DNA of 64,000 nucleotides, from the NCBI GenBank assembly GCA_049696835.1, contig JBAVUP010000128.1, positions 25,085 through 89,084 on the forward strand, given 5' to 3'. Positions within the stretch are counted from its first letter, which is position 1. Every line of letters starts with the position of its first letter. Origin of the DNA: Desulfobaccales bacterium (GTDB lineage: Bacteria; Desulfobacterota; Desulfobaccia; Desulfobaccales; 0-14-0-80-60-11). Under the pieces are notes generated by a model, which was given only the letters and a program-made list of their open reading frames with translations, made no database searches and was not told where the DNA came from. Below, one piece after another: positions 21,722-31,900 of the stretch. Made by a program: the position numbers and the translations under genes.

Positions 21722-21737
21722 GGGTTGCCTCCTTCAG

Positions 21738-21822
21738 GTTGGAAAAAAGTTGGAAATGCCATAGCCTTTTCTTCCTTGTGGCACCTGGACCAAGTGGCTT
21801 TATTCCAACCGTATTTCCAACC
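21738..21822. repeat. Inverted pairs of GTTGGAAA motifs just upstream of the integrase gene
   Basis: GTTGGAAAAAAGTTGGAAAT (21738-21757) faces ATTCCAACCGTATTTCCAACC (21802-21822). Confidence 0.4.
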
Positions 21823-22043
21823 TCTAAGGATAATATACAGGTACAAATGAGGAAGTCAAGGGAAAAGTGAACATGGATTATACCGTTTATTCAATGGGTT
21901 TTAAAATAGGTGGGTACGAGTGGGTAAATATATGTAACCGGCTTGAGCAGCCGGTGTCCGTCTGCAGATCGCTTCCCTTTCCCCTGATCCTTACCGGTAA
22001 CGACTCTCCAGCCGGTGAGGTCACCCCCCCCCATTCCCCTGGG

Positions 22044-22574
22044 TTACTCGTCGAGGCCGCGGTAGGGCACGGCATGTCGCCGGTGCTTCTCAAAATTCTC
22101 CCGATAGGCCCGGGTCAGGTCGGGCATATCCTCCAGGATCAAGAGATTCTCGGCGTTCTTGGTTTCCGCCGCCCTGGTGAAATTAAATGACCCGGTGATC
22201 ACCACCCGGTTGTCGATAATCATAATTTTATTGTGGGCAATGGCGTGCTGGTCGTCGATATAAACCGGAATCTCCATGTTCTGCAGAAAGGTGGCCGCCG
22301 AATATTTCTGGCTCCGGTTGGATTTGTCCAGCACCGCGCTGATCCTGACGCCGCGCCGTTTCGCCTGCAACAGCGCCCGGGCGATAGGCTGGCTGGTGAA
22401 GGAGTAAGCCTGGATGAGGATTTCGCTCCGGGCCCCGTTGATCTGCTTGAGGATGGCGTCGGTGCAGCCGCCGTTGGGCGAAAAGTACACCCGGATGGCG
22501 GCGGCCAGGGCCAGGGCGCCCGTAGCCCCGAGGACCAGCACGATGACCAGACATGCTAAGGCTCGTTTGCTCAT
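22044..22574 (-). CDS. Secreted PLD-superfamily nuclease (Nuc-like)
   Basis: Signal peptide. Single HKD motif HNKIMIIDNRVVITGSFNFT. Size is ~176 aa, as for plasmid Nuc. Confidence 0.85.
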   Translation of the reverse strand: MSKRALACLVIVLVLGATGALALAAAIRVYFSPNGGCTDAILKQINGARSEILIQAYSFTSQPIARALLQAKRRGVRISAVLDKSNRSQKYSAATFLQNMEIPVYIDDQHAIAHNKIMIIDNRVVITGSFNFTRAAETKNAENLLILEDMPDLTRAYRENFEKHRRHAVPYRGLDE

Positions 22575-22638
22575 GAGATGGTGTCAGAATTGCCGTAACA
22601 CTCCGGCAGCCAAGGATTAACCCCACGCCCCCACGGCC

Positions 22639-24255
22639 TCACGTCTCCCCGGAAAGCGCCCTCAACAGGCGCATGACCCGGGCCGCCGCCCCGCTCCCCT
22701 GGCACACGGTCTCGGCGATGTCCCGGGGCCCCTGGCAGGTGCCGGCCAGGAACACCCCCGGTATCGTCGATTCCAGGGGGTGCAGGATGGGGTGGCGCTC
22801 CTGGTAAAAACCCAGATCGTCCCGGGCAGGCGCCGCCTCCCCAAAGGGCAGCGTCTCCCCCGGGGCCGCCAGCCCCACGGCCAGCACGGCCAGGTCCACC
22901 GTAAGCCGCGCCCGGACCCCCTGCACCTGATCTTCATAGGAGATGACCGGACGCCCGTCGTCGGCCGCATCGATGCGACCCGGCAGCCCCTTGATAAAGC
23001 GTACCCCCGCGGCCCGGGCCCGCCGGTACAACTCCTCAAAGCCTTTGCCGGAGGTGCGGATATCATTGTAGAAGATGGTAACCTCGGCGTCCGGTTCATG
23101 TTCCAGGACCAGCATGGCCTCCTTGATGGAGGCGGTGCAGCAATAGCCCGAGCAATACGGCAAAAACCGCCGGTCCCGGGAGCCCACGCACTGGATAAAG
23201 GCCACCTGCTCTACCGGCCGGCCCCCGGGCGTCACCAGGCTGCCCTGGGTGGGCCCCGTGGCGCAGACGATGCGCTCGAACTCCAGGTTGGTCACCACCC
23301 CGGGAATGCGGCCGTAGCCGTATTCGCTCTTGATGGCCGGGTCAAAGGGCCGGGCCCCGGTGGCCAACACCACCGCGCCCACCGTCAGGCGCCGCGGGCT
23401 GGGCCGGTACAGCAGGTTGATGGCCTGGTGCTCGCACGCCTGGACGCACATCTGGCAGTCGATGCAGTAGTCTTTTTCGATGGTGGCCCGGAGCGGCACC
23501 GCCTGGGCGAAGATGATGCGGATGCATTTCCGGGGCTTGAGCCCCAGGTTCCAGCGGCTGGGCACGATCACCGGACACACCGTGGTGCAGGTGCCGCACC
23601 CCACGCACTTGCTCATATTCACGTAGCGGGGTTTGATGGTGAGGTCCACTTCGAAGCTCCCCGCCTGCCCCACAATGCGGTCGAGGCTGGCGTACGTGAG
23701 CAGCTCGATGTTGGGGTGGGCCGCCACCTCCACCAGCTTCGGCCCCAGGATGCAGATGGAGCAGTCCAGGGTGGGGAAGGTCTTGTCCAGTTGGGCCATG
23801 GTGCCGCCGATGGACAGAGAGGATTCGGCCAGATAAACCGTGAAGCCGGCGTTGGCCAAATCCAGGGCCGCCTGGCAGCCTCCCACGCCCCCGCCCACCA
23901 CCAACACCTCCCGGCAGACCGGCCCGGCCGGGGCTGTCGGCAACTCCGGGGCCGAAAGAGACATGGTCAGGGCCCCCAGCGCGGCCTCCAGATCGAGGCA
24001 GGACCGCACGTCCACCACCGGCAGCCCCGCCGCCCCCGGCAAGAACCCGGCATGGATCTCCGGACCGCACGCCGCCACCAGCCAGCTCCGGCCCTTAGAG
24101 GCTGCCAGGGTCGCCAGCCGCGCCAAACCGTCCGGGGTGCACAGAGGCGGCGTCAACTCCGCCTTCACCCCCGCCGGTTTCAGTCGCGCCGCCAGCTCCC
24201 GGCCGTCAAAGGCCAGGTCCGGGCAGGCGCAGATGAGGACTTTATTTCGGGTCAT
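22639..24255 (-). CDS. HdrA-like FAD/FeS oxidoreductase (538 aa)
   Basis: VLVVGGGVGGCQAALDLA dinucleotide fold; DKTFPTLDCSICILGP signature; CVGCGTCTTVCP and CIDCQMCVQAC ferredoxin motifs. Confidence 0.85.
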   Translation of the reverse strand: MTRNKVLICACPDLAFDGRELAARLKPAGVKAELTPPLCTPDGLARLATLAASKGRSWLVAACGPEIHAGFLPGAAGLPVVDVRSCLDLEAALGALTMSLSAPELPTAPAGPVCREVLVVGGGVGGCQAALDLANAGFTVYLAESSLSIGGTMAQLDKTFPTLDCSICILGPKLVEVAAHPNIELLTYASLDRIVGQAGSFEVDLTIKPRYVNMSKCVGCGTCTTVCPVIVPSRWNLGLKPRKCIRIIFAQAVPLRATIEKDYCIDCQMCVQACEHQAINLLYRPSPRRLTVGAVVLATGARPFDPAIKSEYGYGRIPGVVTNLEFERIVCATGPTQGSLVTPGGRPVEQVAFIQCVGSRDRRFLPYCSGYCCTASIKEAMLVLEHEPDAEVTIFYNDIRTSGKGFEELYRRARAAGVRFIKGLPGRIDAADDGRPVISYEDQVQGVRARLTVDLAVLAVGLAAPGETLPFGEAAPARDDLGFYQERHPILHPLESTIPGVFLAGTCQGPRDIAETVCQGSGAAARVMRLLRALSGET

Positions 24256-24525
24256 CTACTGGGCTCAGCTATAAAAAAGATTGGTGGCACCGGCTTCCAG
24301 CCTGTGGAGCCGTAGGGCGCGCCTCACGCGCCATTTTGGGGTGCGTAAGACGTACCCCACATTATTCTCATGCTTTTTCAGGGAGGGGGCTAGGGGCCGA
24401 CGGCCCCTACCCCTTCCCTGAAACCCACCCCCAACCCCCAATAGGGGCTGGGAGGAGAGGTTAAGGGGAGGGCGGAGGAAGTGCCTCCCCACCCCTTCCT
24501 CCCAATGAATTTTTCAAAGCGCCCG

Positions 24526-24729
24526 TTACTTGCTCCCCCGCCGCCGCGCCGTCACCGTCTCTCCGCCGATCCCCCAATTGTCCAGGTCCACTTCCTCAAT
24601 CACCACCACGGCGGCCTGGGGGTTCTTGTGGAGCACCTTTACCAGCAGATCAGTAACTCCTTTAATCAATTCCGCCTTTTGCTCCGGCGTAGCGCCTTCC
24701 TTCGTGATCTTGATGTTGACAAATGGCAT
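24526..24729 (-). CDS. 4-oxalocrotonate tautomerase family protein
   Basis: 67 aa starting MPFVNIKITKEGATPEQKAELIKGVTDLL (catalytic Pro1 pattern). Confidence 0.8.
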   Translation of the reverse strand: MPFVNIKITKEGATPEQKAELIKGVTDLLVKVLHKNPQAAVVVIEEVDLDNWGIGGETVTARRRGSK

Positions 24730-24750
24730 ACCGTCCTCCTCGTTTTTCGA

Positions 24751-27120
24751 TCAAGACAAGCCGTCTTCTGAATCTTTCGTCTTCCCCTTTTCGCCCACGT
24801 TTTTCGCGGCCATCTCCCGGATCACCTCCTGAAAGGCCTTGCCCTCCGTAGCGGAAATCCACTCCAGGCGCAGCCGCGCCGGGTCGATGCCCCACTTGGC
24901 CAGCTTGGGCCTGAGCTTCTCCACCCGGGCCTGGGCCCTGAGGTTCCCGGCCACGTAATGGCAATCTCCCGGCGGGTGGCAGCCCGACACCAGCACCTGT
25001 CCCGCCCCCTGCGCAAAGGCGTGGAGGATGAACTTGGGATGCACCCGCCCGGTGCACATGGTGCGGATGATGCGCACCGCCGGGGGGTATTGCAGCCGGG
25101 AGACCCCGGCGAAATCCGCCCCGGCATAGGAGCACCAGTTGCAGCAGAAGGCCAGGACCTTGTCCTCCGGGTGCTCCGCCAGGGCCTCGTCAATCTGGGC
25201 CAGGATCATCTCATCGGTAAAGCCCCGGGCGACGACCGCGCCGCTGGGGCAGGCCCCGGCGCACACCCCGCAGCCCTTGCAGGCCGCCTCGATGATCCGG
25301 GCTTTGCGGGACTTCCCTTCTCCCACCATTTCCACCGCCTGAAAGGGGCATTCCTGATAACAACTTTCGCAGCCGATGCAGGTCTCCGGGTCCACCGCGG
25401 CGACCAGGCCGTCCAGGGTGATGGTGTCGTGGGCCAGGAGGCCCAGGACCTTGGCCGCGGCGCCGGAGCCCGTGGTCATGGACTCCGCCAGGTCCTTGGG
25501 GCCCTGGCAGGCCCCGGCCAGGAAGATGCCGTCCAGCACCGTCTCCAGGGGCCGCAGCTTGGGATGGGCCTCCAGGAAGAAGCCGTCGGGCCCCACCGGC
25601 AGCTTCAGCACCTCCTTGAGCCCGGCGCCGTCCCCCGCCGTCATGCCCACCGCCAGCACCGCCAGGTCCACCCGGTCTCGGCTGCGCGTCTGCCCGAGTT
25701 CCTGGTCCGCCTCAATGATGACCCCGCCTTCCGCCGCGGGCCGCAGGTCCCGCACCCGGCCCCGCAGAAACAGGATACCCGCCTCCCGTGCCCGGCTATA
25801 CAGGGCCTCCCACTCCTTTTTGGTGGTCCGGATATCCCGGTAATAGATGCGGATGCGGGCCTGGGGCAGGCGCGCCTTCAGTTCCAGGGCCTGCCGCAGG
25901 GCCGTGGGGCAGCAAATCCGGGAGCAGGACCGGTTCCCCTCCTCTTCCCGGGAGCCCACGCACAGCACAAAGGCAATGTCCCGGGGCTCGTCGGCCGCAC
26001 CACCCGCCGGCACCCGGCCCCCGGTGGGCCCCTGGGGGTCCAGGAGGCGCTCCAGGGCCACGGTGGTCACCACCCCGGGCAGGGCGGCCCAGGCCGCATA
26101 AATGCTGCCCTGGAGCTCAAAGGGCAAAAACCCCGTGGCCACCACGAAGCTCCCCACCTCCAGGGTATGTTCGATATCCTCCCCGGGCGCCAGCTCAATG
26201 GCGTGACGGGGGCAGGCCGGAACGCAGGCGCCGCAGCCGTCGCAGTGCGCCACATCCACCACGTAGCGGCCCGGAAAGGCCGTGGGCGACGGCAAATAGA
26301 TGGCGGCCCGGAGGCTCAGTCCCGCCTGCCGTAGATCCGGCACCTGCGTCGGACAGACTTCGACACAGCGGCCGCACCGGTCGCAGGCCGCCGTGACCCG
26401 CGGCCGGACTTGCCTTACCACCACCCGGTAGTTGCCCAGGTGGCCGCTGACCCCAATAACCTCGCTAGCGGTCAGCACCGTAATGCCGGGATGCAGCATC
26501 ACTGCGGCCATTAAGGGGTTGACCAGACTGAGGCTGCTCTGGCCCTGGGGAAAGGTCTGGTAAAGCCGATTGGCCATGCCCCCCAGCACCGGAGCGCGCT
26601 CCACCAGGGTCACGGGAATCCCGGCGTGGGCGATATCCAGGGCGGCCCGGAGGCCCGCCGGGCCCCCGCCGATCACCAACGCCGCCCGGGTCACGGGCAC
26701 CTGGCGCTCGACCAACGGCCGGGCGTCCCGCACCTTGGCCAGGCCCATGCGGATCAATTCCAGGGCCTTGACCGTCGCCGCCTCCGGCTCCCGGGCATGC
26801 ACCCAGGAGCAGTGCTCCCGGATGTTGACGATCTCCAGCAGATAGGGGTTGACGCCGCTCTCGGCCAGCAGGCGCCGAAAGGTGGGCTCATGGAGCTTGG
26901 GGGAACAGGCCGCCACCACCAGGCGGTTCAAACTAAACTGTTGGATATCCTTGGCGATATCCTTTTGCCCCGCCTCGGAGCACGAATAGAGGTGATCCCG
27001 GCAGACCGTCACGTCCGGCAGGTCCCGGGCCCGCGCCGCCAGGACCACCGGGTCGATGACCCCGGCGATGTTGTGCCCGCAATGGCAAATATAGAGACCG
27101 ATGCGCAGTTCTTCGGTCAT
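24751..27120 (-). CDS. HdrA-like flavoprotein fused to a C-terminal MvhD domain (QmoB-like architecture)
   Basis: HdrA N-domain IGLYICHCGHNIAG...VVAACSP. FAD fold VIGGGPAGLRAALD; two ferredoxin motifs. C-terminus LAFCCNWCSYAGADFAG...LVSGCHPPGDCHY matches MvhD. Confidence 0.88.
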   Translation of the reverse strand: MTEELRIGLYICHCGHNIAGVIDPVVLAARARDLPDVTVCRDHLYSCSEAGQKDIAKDIQQFSLNRLVVAACSPKLHEPTFRRLLAESGVNPYLLEIVNIREHCSWVHAREPEAATVKALELIRMGLAKVRDARPLVERQVPVTRAALVIGGGPAGLRAALDIAHAGIPVTLVERAPVLGGMANRLYQTFPQGQSSLSLVNPLMAAVMLHPGITVLTASEVIGVSGHLGNYRVVVRQVRPRVTAACDRCGRCVEVCPTQVPDLRQAGLSLRAAIYLPSPTAFPGRYVVDVAHCDGCGACVPACPRHAIELAPGEDIEHTLEVGSFVVATGFLPFELQGSIYAAWAALPGVVTTVALERLLDPQGPTGGRVPAGGAADEPRDIAFVLCVGSREEEGNRSCSRICCPTALRQALELKARLPQARIRIYYRDIRTTKKEWEALYSRAREAGILFLRGRVRDLRPAAEGGVIIEADQELGQTRSRDRVDLAVLAVGMTAGDGAGLKEVLKLPVGPDGFFLEAHPKLRPLETVLDGIFLAGACQGPKDLAESMTTGSGAAAKVLGLLAHDTITLDGLVAAVDPETCIGCESCYQECPFQAVEMVGEGKSRKARIIEAACKGCGVCAGACPSGAVVARGFTDEMILAQIDEALAEHPEDKVLAFCCNWCSYAGADFAGVSRLQYPPAVRIIRTMCTGRVHPKFILHAFAQGAGQVLVSGCHPPGDCHYVAGNLRAQARVEKLRPKLAKWGIDPARLRLEWISATEGKAFQEVIREMAAKNVGEKGKTKDSEDGLS

Positions 27121-27161
27121 GATTAGATCAGAACCCCACTCTTCGACCGGATAAAGCCCGA

Positions 27162-27200
27162 GGGGTGAAAAATTGGGGCGAAAAGGCGAAAAGGGAAAAA
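27162..27200. repeat. 8-nt tandem array (GGYGAAAA type)
   Basis: GGGGTGAAAAATTGGGGCGAAAAGGCGAAAAGGGAAAAA. The 26-nt core is identical to 52464-52489. Confidence 0.8.
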
Positions 27201-27352
27201 CTCTACCATGAATCTCATCATCCGGACGGTCTTAAATCAAGTTTGAAAAAAAGCTGCTTAAAACAATCCCTCCGCTTGGCGGCCAGGGACGGCCGCCCCA
27301 CCATCCGGCTGGCGTGGGGCGGGCCTCCGTGCCCGCCATCATCCCATCGAAT

Positions 27353-27373
27353 GGTGCGTAAGACGCACCCTAC
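27353..27373. repeat. REP-like hairpin GGTGCGTAAGACGCACCCTAC
   Basis: Near-identical copy at 49323-49343; related copy at 24338-24360. Confidence 0.7.
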
Positions 27374-27401
27374 TTGACCCTCCTTTTGCTTCCTTGCCGT
27401 T

Positions 27402-28244
27402 TTATCGCTTCACTAACTTCGCCACCGCCGTCTCCCAGGCCTGGGAAAACTCCCCGGCCTCGGCCACCACGTCCTTCCGGATGAGCGTGATGGCCTCGTC
27501 GTCGCAGATGTTGACGCAGACCCCGCAAAAGGCGCAGGTCTCCAGGCGGAAAAATACCCGGCCTTCCTCCCGCACGATGGCCTTTACCGGACACAGGTCG
27601 ATACACTTCACGCAGTCCGGCGGGCACTTGCCGTCGTCTAAGACCAGGCGCCCCCTAAACTGCGGGTTGACGGCAATAGCCTCGTATTCGCACACCGTCA
27701 GGCAGTGGGTGCACCGGAGACACCGGTCGGGCGCCGGCATGGTCTGCCCCTCCACCTCATCCAGCACGATGGCCTCTCGGGCGCAGGCCTCCAGACACTT
27801 GCGGCACTGCTTGGGGCACTCCGTCAGGTCGTTGGGCACCAGTTGCAGTTGCTGGCGGCACCAGTGCTCCTCCCCCAGGGAAGTCACCGGACAGGGCAGC
27901 AGGCACCGGCTCTTGTCCATGGTGATCTTGGGGAGAAACGGCGCCAACCCCTGGTGATCCGCCATGATGGTCTTGGTCACACCGTTGTAGCTCAGGGTCA
28001 CCGCCCCCACCGGGCAGAAATGGGCGCAGATTTCACACAGCAGGCAGCGGCGGGGGTCGATGGTGATGTCCAGCTCGGCCTCTCCGGGGATGATGGTCAC
28101 CGCCTCCCGGGGGCAGACGGTGGCGCAGATGTCGCACTTGAGGCACAGCCCCTTGTCCAGACGCAGTTCCACCGTATCGACGAACATGGTGAGCGTCAAT
28201 TCCAGAGAAGCGTCGGTTTCGCGTTTTCTGACCCTGGGGTTCAT
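27402..28244 (-). CDS. Polyferredoxin (at least six [4Fe-4S] binding motifs)
   Basis: CLKCDICATVCP, CLLCEICAHFCP, CRKCLEACA, CLRCTHCLTVCE, CVKCIDLCP, CAFCGVCVNICD. The start may instead be Met-20 (28187). Confidence 0.8.
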   Translation of the reverse strand: MNPRVRKRETDASLELTLTMFVDTVELRLDKGLCLKCDICATVCPREAVTIIPGEAELDITIDPRRCLLCEICAHFCPVGAVTLSYNGVTKTIMADHQGLAPFLPKITMDKSRCLLPCPVTSLGEEHWCRQQLQLVPNDLTECPKQCRKCLEACAREAIVLDEVEGQTMPAPDRCLRCTHCLTVCEYEAIAVNPQFRGRLVLDDGKCPPDCVKCIDLCPVKAIVREEGRVFFRLETCAFCGVCVNICDDEAITLIRKDVVAEAGEFSQAWETAVAKLVKR

Positions 28245-28332
28245 GTGAGTTTAATTGATATGCCTCTCACAGTCTTCAGATGCCGTCATTGGTAGCCGCC
28301 GGCTAAAGCCTGCGCTTGTCACCTTTGCTCCC

Positions 28333-28367
28333 GTTTCGCCTTTTCCCCTCTTCGCCTTTTCGCCTTT
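28333..28367. repeat. 8-nt tandem array, inverted orientation relative to 27162-27200
   Basis: GTTTCGCCTTTTCCCCTCTTCGCCTTTTCGCCTTT. Confidence 0.75.
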
Positions 28368-28785
28368 ATTTCTTCTCCCCTTCCAGCTTGCGGTGATACT
28401 CCCTGGCCATAAACTTCAACTGGCGGCGGCGCAGATTGACCTTCACTTCCGGAAACTGCCTCAGCAGCAGCTCATATTTGTCGCAGGGCTCCAGGTCCGG
28501 GCATTCGTAGCAGTGCTCCAGGCCCCGGCTCTGGGCGCAGATCCGGATGGGACAGTTTTCCAGGCCCCGCCCGTTTTTGCAGCCCGGGCACTCCGTATGG
28601 GTCAGGAACCACTGCAGCCCTTTCCTGAACTCCGGCAGGCTGAAGCCGTCCGACCCGGGGAAGCAGTGGAGCCAGACGTTGGCCCGCAGCTGGTCCAGGT
28701 ACTCCTGTAGTCGGGTCACCGTTTCCAACAGCCCGGGATTGCCCAACTGGCAATCATCACACAGACCGCAATAACTCTCTCGCAT
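28366..28785 (-). CDS. Cys-rich DUF3795-like protein
   Basis: Start moved to ATG 28785 (MRESYCGLCDDCQ...). Further CPGC and CYECPDLEPC motifs. Confidence 0.6.
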   Translation of the reverse strand: MRESYCGLCDDCQLGNPGLLETVTRLQEYLDQLRANVWLHCFPGSDGFSLPEFRKGLQWFLTHTECPGCKNGRGLENCPIRICAQSRGLEHCYECPDLEPCDKYELLLRQFPEVKVNLRRRQLKFMAREYHRKLEGEKK

Positions 28786-28935
28786 GGCAAATCTCCCGTA
28801 AAAGCTTGCAGCTGTCAGCTTGCCACCCTCAGCTTGGTTCACGAGGGGACCGTAGCCACGCCGTCGCCGCTGGCGGCGGGCTCGTTATAGTGTACTACTT
28901 TTATCATTTTGCCGACCCTGAATCGCGGCCGGTCC

Positions 28936-31900
28936 TCATCTACCCCCTAACGCCGCCTCAAGCTGCTTCGCCAACTCCGCGTCGGTGGCCCGGCTCATCC
29001 GGATGGCCCCGGCCGGACATTCCGCCGCGCAGACCCCGCAGCCCCGGCAGACTTCCAGGCGCACCGCCGGCTTGGAATCCGCCAGCGCCACCGCCCCGAA
29101 GGGACAGAGCCCGACACAGGCGAGGCAGCGGCGGCATTTTTCCGGGGTGATCATGGCCACCCGCTCGCTGCCGGTAAGCTCCGTCTGGAACAGGATGCCC
29201 GCGGCCCGGCTCGCCGCGGCCTGGGCCTGGGCCACCGTTTCCCCCAGGCTCTTGGGATAATGGGCCAGACCACAGATGAATATTCCATCGGAGGCTGAGT
29301 CCACGGGCCTGAGCTTCTGGTGGGCCTCCTGGAACCACCCGTCCGGGCTCTGGGAAATACGCAGTTGCCGGGCCACGCGGTCGCTGCCGGCCGCAGGTTC
29401 GATTCCCGCGCTCAAGACCACCAGGTCCGCAGGCAGGGCCACCTCCTGCCCCAGCAGCTCATCCGCCACCCAGACCGTCAGGGGCCGCCGCCGGGCCGCG
29501 GTCACCCGGGGGGGTCGCGGGGCCTCATAGGGAATAAACGTCACCCCCCGCTCCTTGGACTTGACATAAGCGCTTTCCCGAAACCCATAGGCCCGGATAT
29601 CCCGATAGAGCACGGTGATCTCCATCAGGGGATAACGCTCCTTGAGGAGCAGGGTGTTTTTCAGCGCCTGGGAGCAGCACACCCGGCTGCAATAGGGGTG
29701 CTCGGGCTCCCGGGACCCCACGCATTGGATCATCACCAGGCGCCGCACCTTGGGCAACTCCAGGTCGTCAAAATTGATCCTGGCTTCCAACTCCCGTTGG
29801 GTGAGCACCCGGGGGTCCTCCCCGTAGAGATAGCGCCCCCGAGGCTGAAACTCCCGGCCGCCGGTGGCCGCCAGGATCACGCCGTGCGCCAGTTCGCGGT
29901 CCTGATAGCCGTTCCGGGTAAACCGGCGCACCGTGGTCTTGAACTGGCCCACGTGCCCCGTCACCTGCACCGCCTCGGTCCGGATCAGGACCTCGATATT
30001 GGGGTGCTGGTAAACCGCGGCCATCAGTTCGTGCAGAAATTCCTGCGGGTCCGGCCCTTCCAGGGTGAAAAACAGTTGGCGGGCCAGCCCCCCCAGGGCG
30101 CTCTCCCGCTCCGCCAGGTAGGTGTGAAAGCCCTGATCCGCCAGGGTCAGCGCCGCGCTCATGCCGGCCACGCCGCCCCCCAGCACCAGGGCCCGGGGCA
30201 TCACCGGAAAGCTCTGAAGATGGATAGGCCCTAAAACCGCGGCCCGGCCCACGGCCATGGCCACCAGGTCCAGGGCCTTGGCATACGCGGCCTCCGGGTC
30301 CGTCTGATGGACCCAGGCGCACTGTTCCCGGATATTGGCCATGGCTACATAGCCCGGGTTCAGCCCCGCCGCCGCCAGGACCTCCCGGAACACCGGTTCG
30401 TGGGTCCGGGGGCTGCACGCCGCCACCACCACCCGGTTGAGCAGCCGGGCCCGGACGGTCTCCCGCATCCGGGCGGTGGCTTCCACCCCGCAGGAAAACA
30501 GGTTGTCCTCTACGTGGGCCACCCCGGGCAACTCGGCCACGGCCCCGGCCAGCCGGGCCAGATCGATGGACCTGGCGATATTGGTGCCGCAGTGGCAGAG
30601 AAAGACCCCGATCCGGGGTGGAAAATCCGGCCCGGCGCTGGGGACCGGTGGCGCCTGGGGAGCCCAGGTGCGCCGGGCGGTGGTCAAGAGCCGGGAAGCC
30701 ACCGCGGCCGCGGCCGTGGCCGTGCTCACCGATGCGGAGATGTCCATGGGTTCTGCCGCGGTGCCGCACACCAGCACGCCCTGCCGGGTGGTGCTCACCG
30801 GGATCAACGGTGAGGTCTTGATGAAACCGTGCTCGTTGAGTTCCACCCCCAGGCGCCGGGCGACCGCCGGCAGCCGCACCCCGGCCTTCAGCCCCACGGC
30901 CAGGACCGCCATGTCGAACACTTGCTCCTGGGGCCGTCCGTGGGCGTCAGCATAACGCACCCGCACGCCGCCCGGACTCCTGGGGGCGACCGCGGTCACC
31001 CGCGAGCGCACCAGGCTGACGCCGTGAGCCCGGGCCTGCTCCAGATAGGCTTCATGCCCCTTGCCCTGGGCCCGCAGATCCATGTAAAAGATGGTGGTTT
31101 CCAGCCCCCGGGCGCTGAGTTCCCGGGCCACCAGGGCTTCCTTAAGGCTGGCCATACAGCAGGTCGCCGAACAATAAGCCACACCGGCCTGGGGGTTGCG
31201 GGAGCCCACGCACTGAATAAAGGCCAGGCGGGACGGCGCCGCGCCATCCGACGGCCGCACCAGCCGGCCTCCCTGGGGACCGGTGGCGCTCAGCAGCCGC
31301 TCGAACTCCAGGCTGGTCACCACGTCCGGGTGGTTGTAGCCGGGAAAGTCCCCGGTGACCGCCGGAGTGGCGCCCAGGGCCACGATGATGGCCCCCACGG
31401 ACTCCAGCCATTCCGCCGCCGGCTCCCGGAAATCAATGGCCCCGGCCCGGCAGACCTTGACGCAGGCCTCGCATTTCTTGCCCTGAAAAACCCAGCACGT
31501 CTCCGGGGTGATGTAGGCCGCCTGGGGGATGGCTTGGGGGAAGGGCACGTGAATGGCCCGGGTCTCACTGAGCCCCAGATTATACGGGTCCGGGAACCGC
31601 ACGGGGCAGACCCGGGTGCAGTCGCCGCAGCCGGAGCACTTGCTCACCTCCACGTACCGGGGCCGCCGGCTCAGGAGGACCTGGAAATCCCCGGCCTGGC
31701 CCCGGACCTCGATGACCCGGGTGGAAGTGGCGATGGTGATCAGGGGATGGCGGGAGATCTCCAGCATTCGGGGTGACAGGATGCACATGGCGCAGTCGTT
31801 GGTGGGAAACGTCTTGTCCAACTGGGCCATGAGGCCGCCGAGGGCGGGGCCCGCTTCCACCAGCGTCACCGGCAGCCCCGCGGCCGCCACCTCGAGGGCC

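Larger units (their letters stand above)
19298..22630. mobile_element. Lower-GC islet: probable remnant of an integrated element (integrase, decayed restriction gene, PLD nuclease)
   Basis: Visibly AT-richer than both flanks. Holds an integrase, a pseudogenised nuclease/helicase tail and a Nuc-like nuclease. No att repeats or tRNA identified. Confidence 0.4.

Noticed and set aside
21722-22043. Search for a tRNA/tmRNA gene as the integration target next to the integrase (also 19298-19600)
   Set aside because: I could not recognise a cloverleaf-compatible sequence, a GGTTCGAATCC-type T-arm or a CCA end. A proper tRNA scan is still advisable.
22780-31776. Long alternative-frame or antisense ORFs across the HdrA genes (22780-24315, 24958-26334, 25788-26396, 29320-30234, 29768-30769, 30829-31776, 23342-24070)
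   Set aside because: All are Arg/Gly/Pro-rich with no domain signatures. They overlap HdrA-like ORFs that carry clear FAD and Fe-S motifs.
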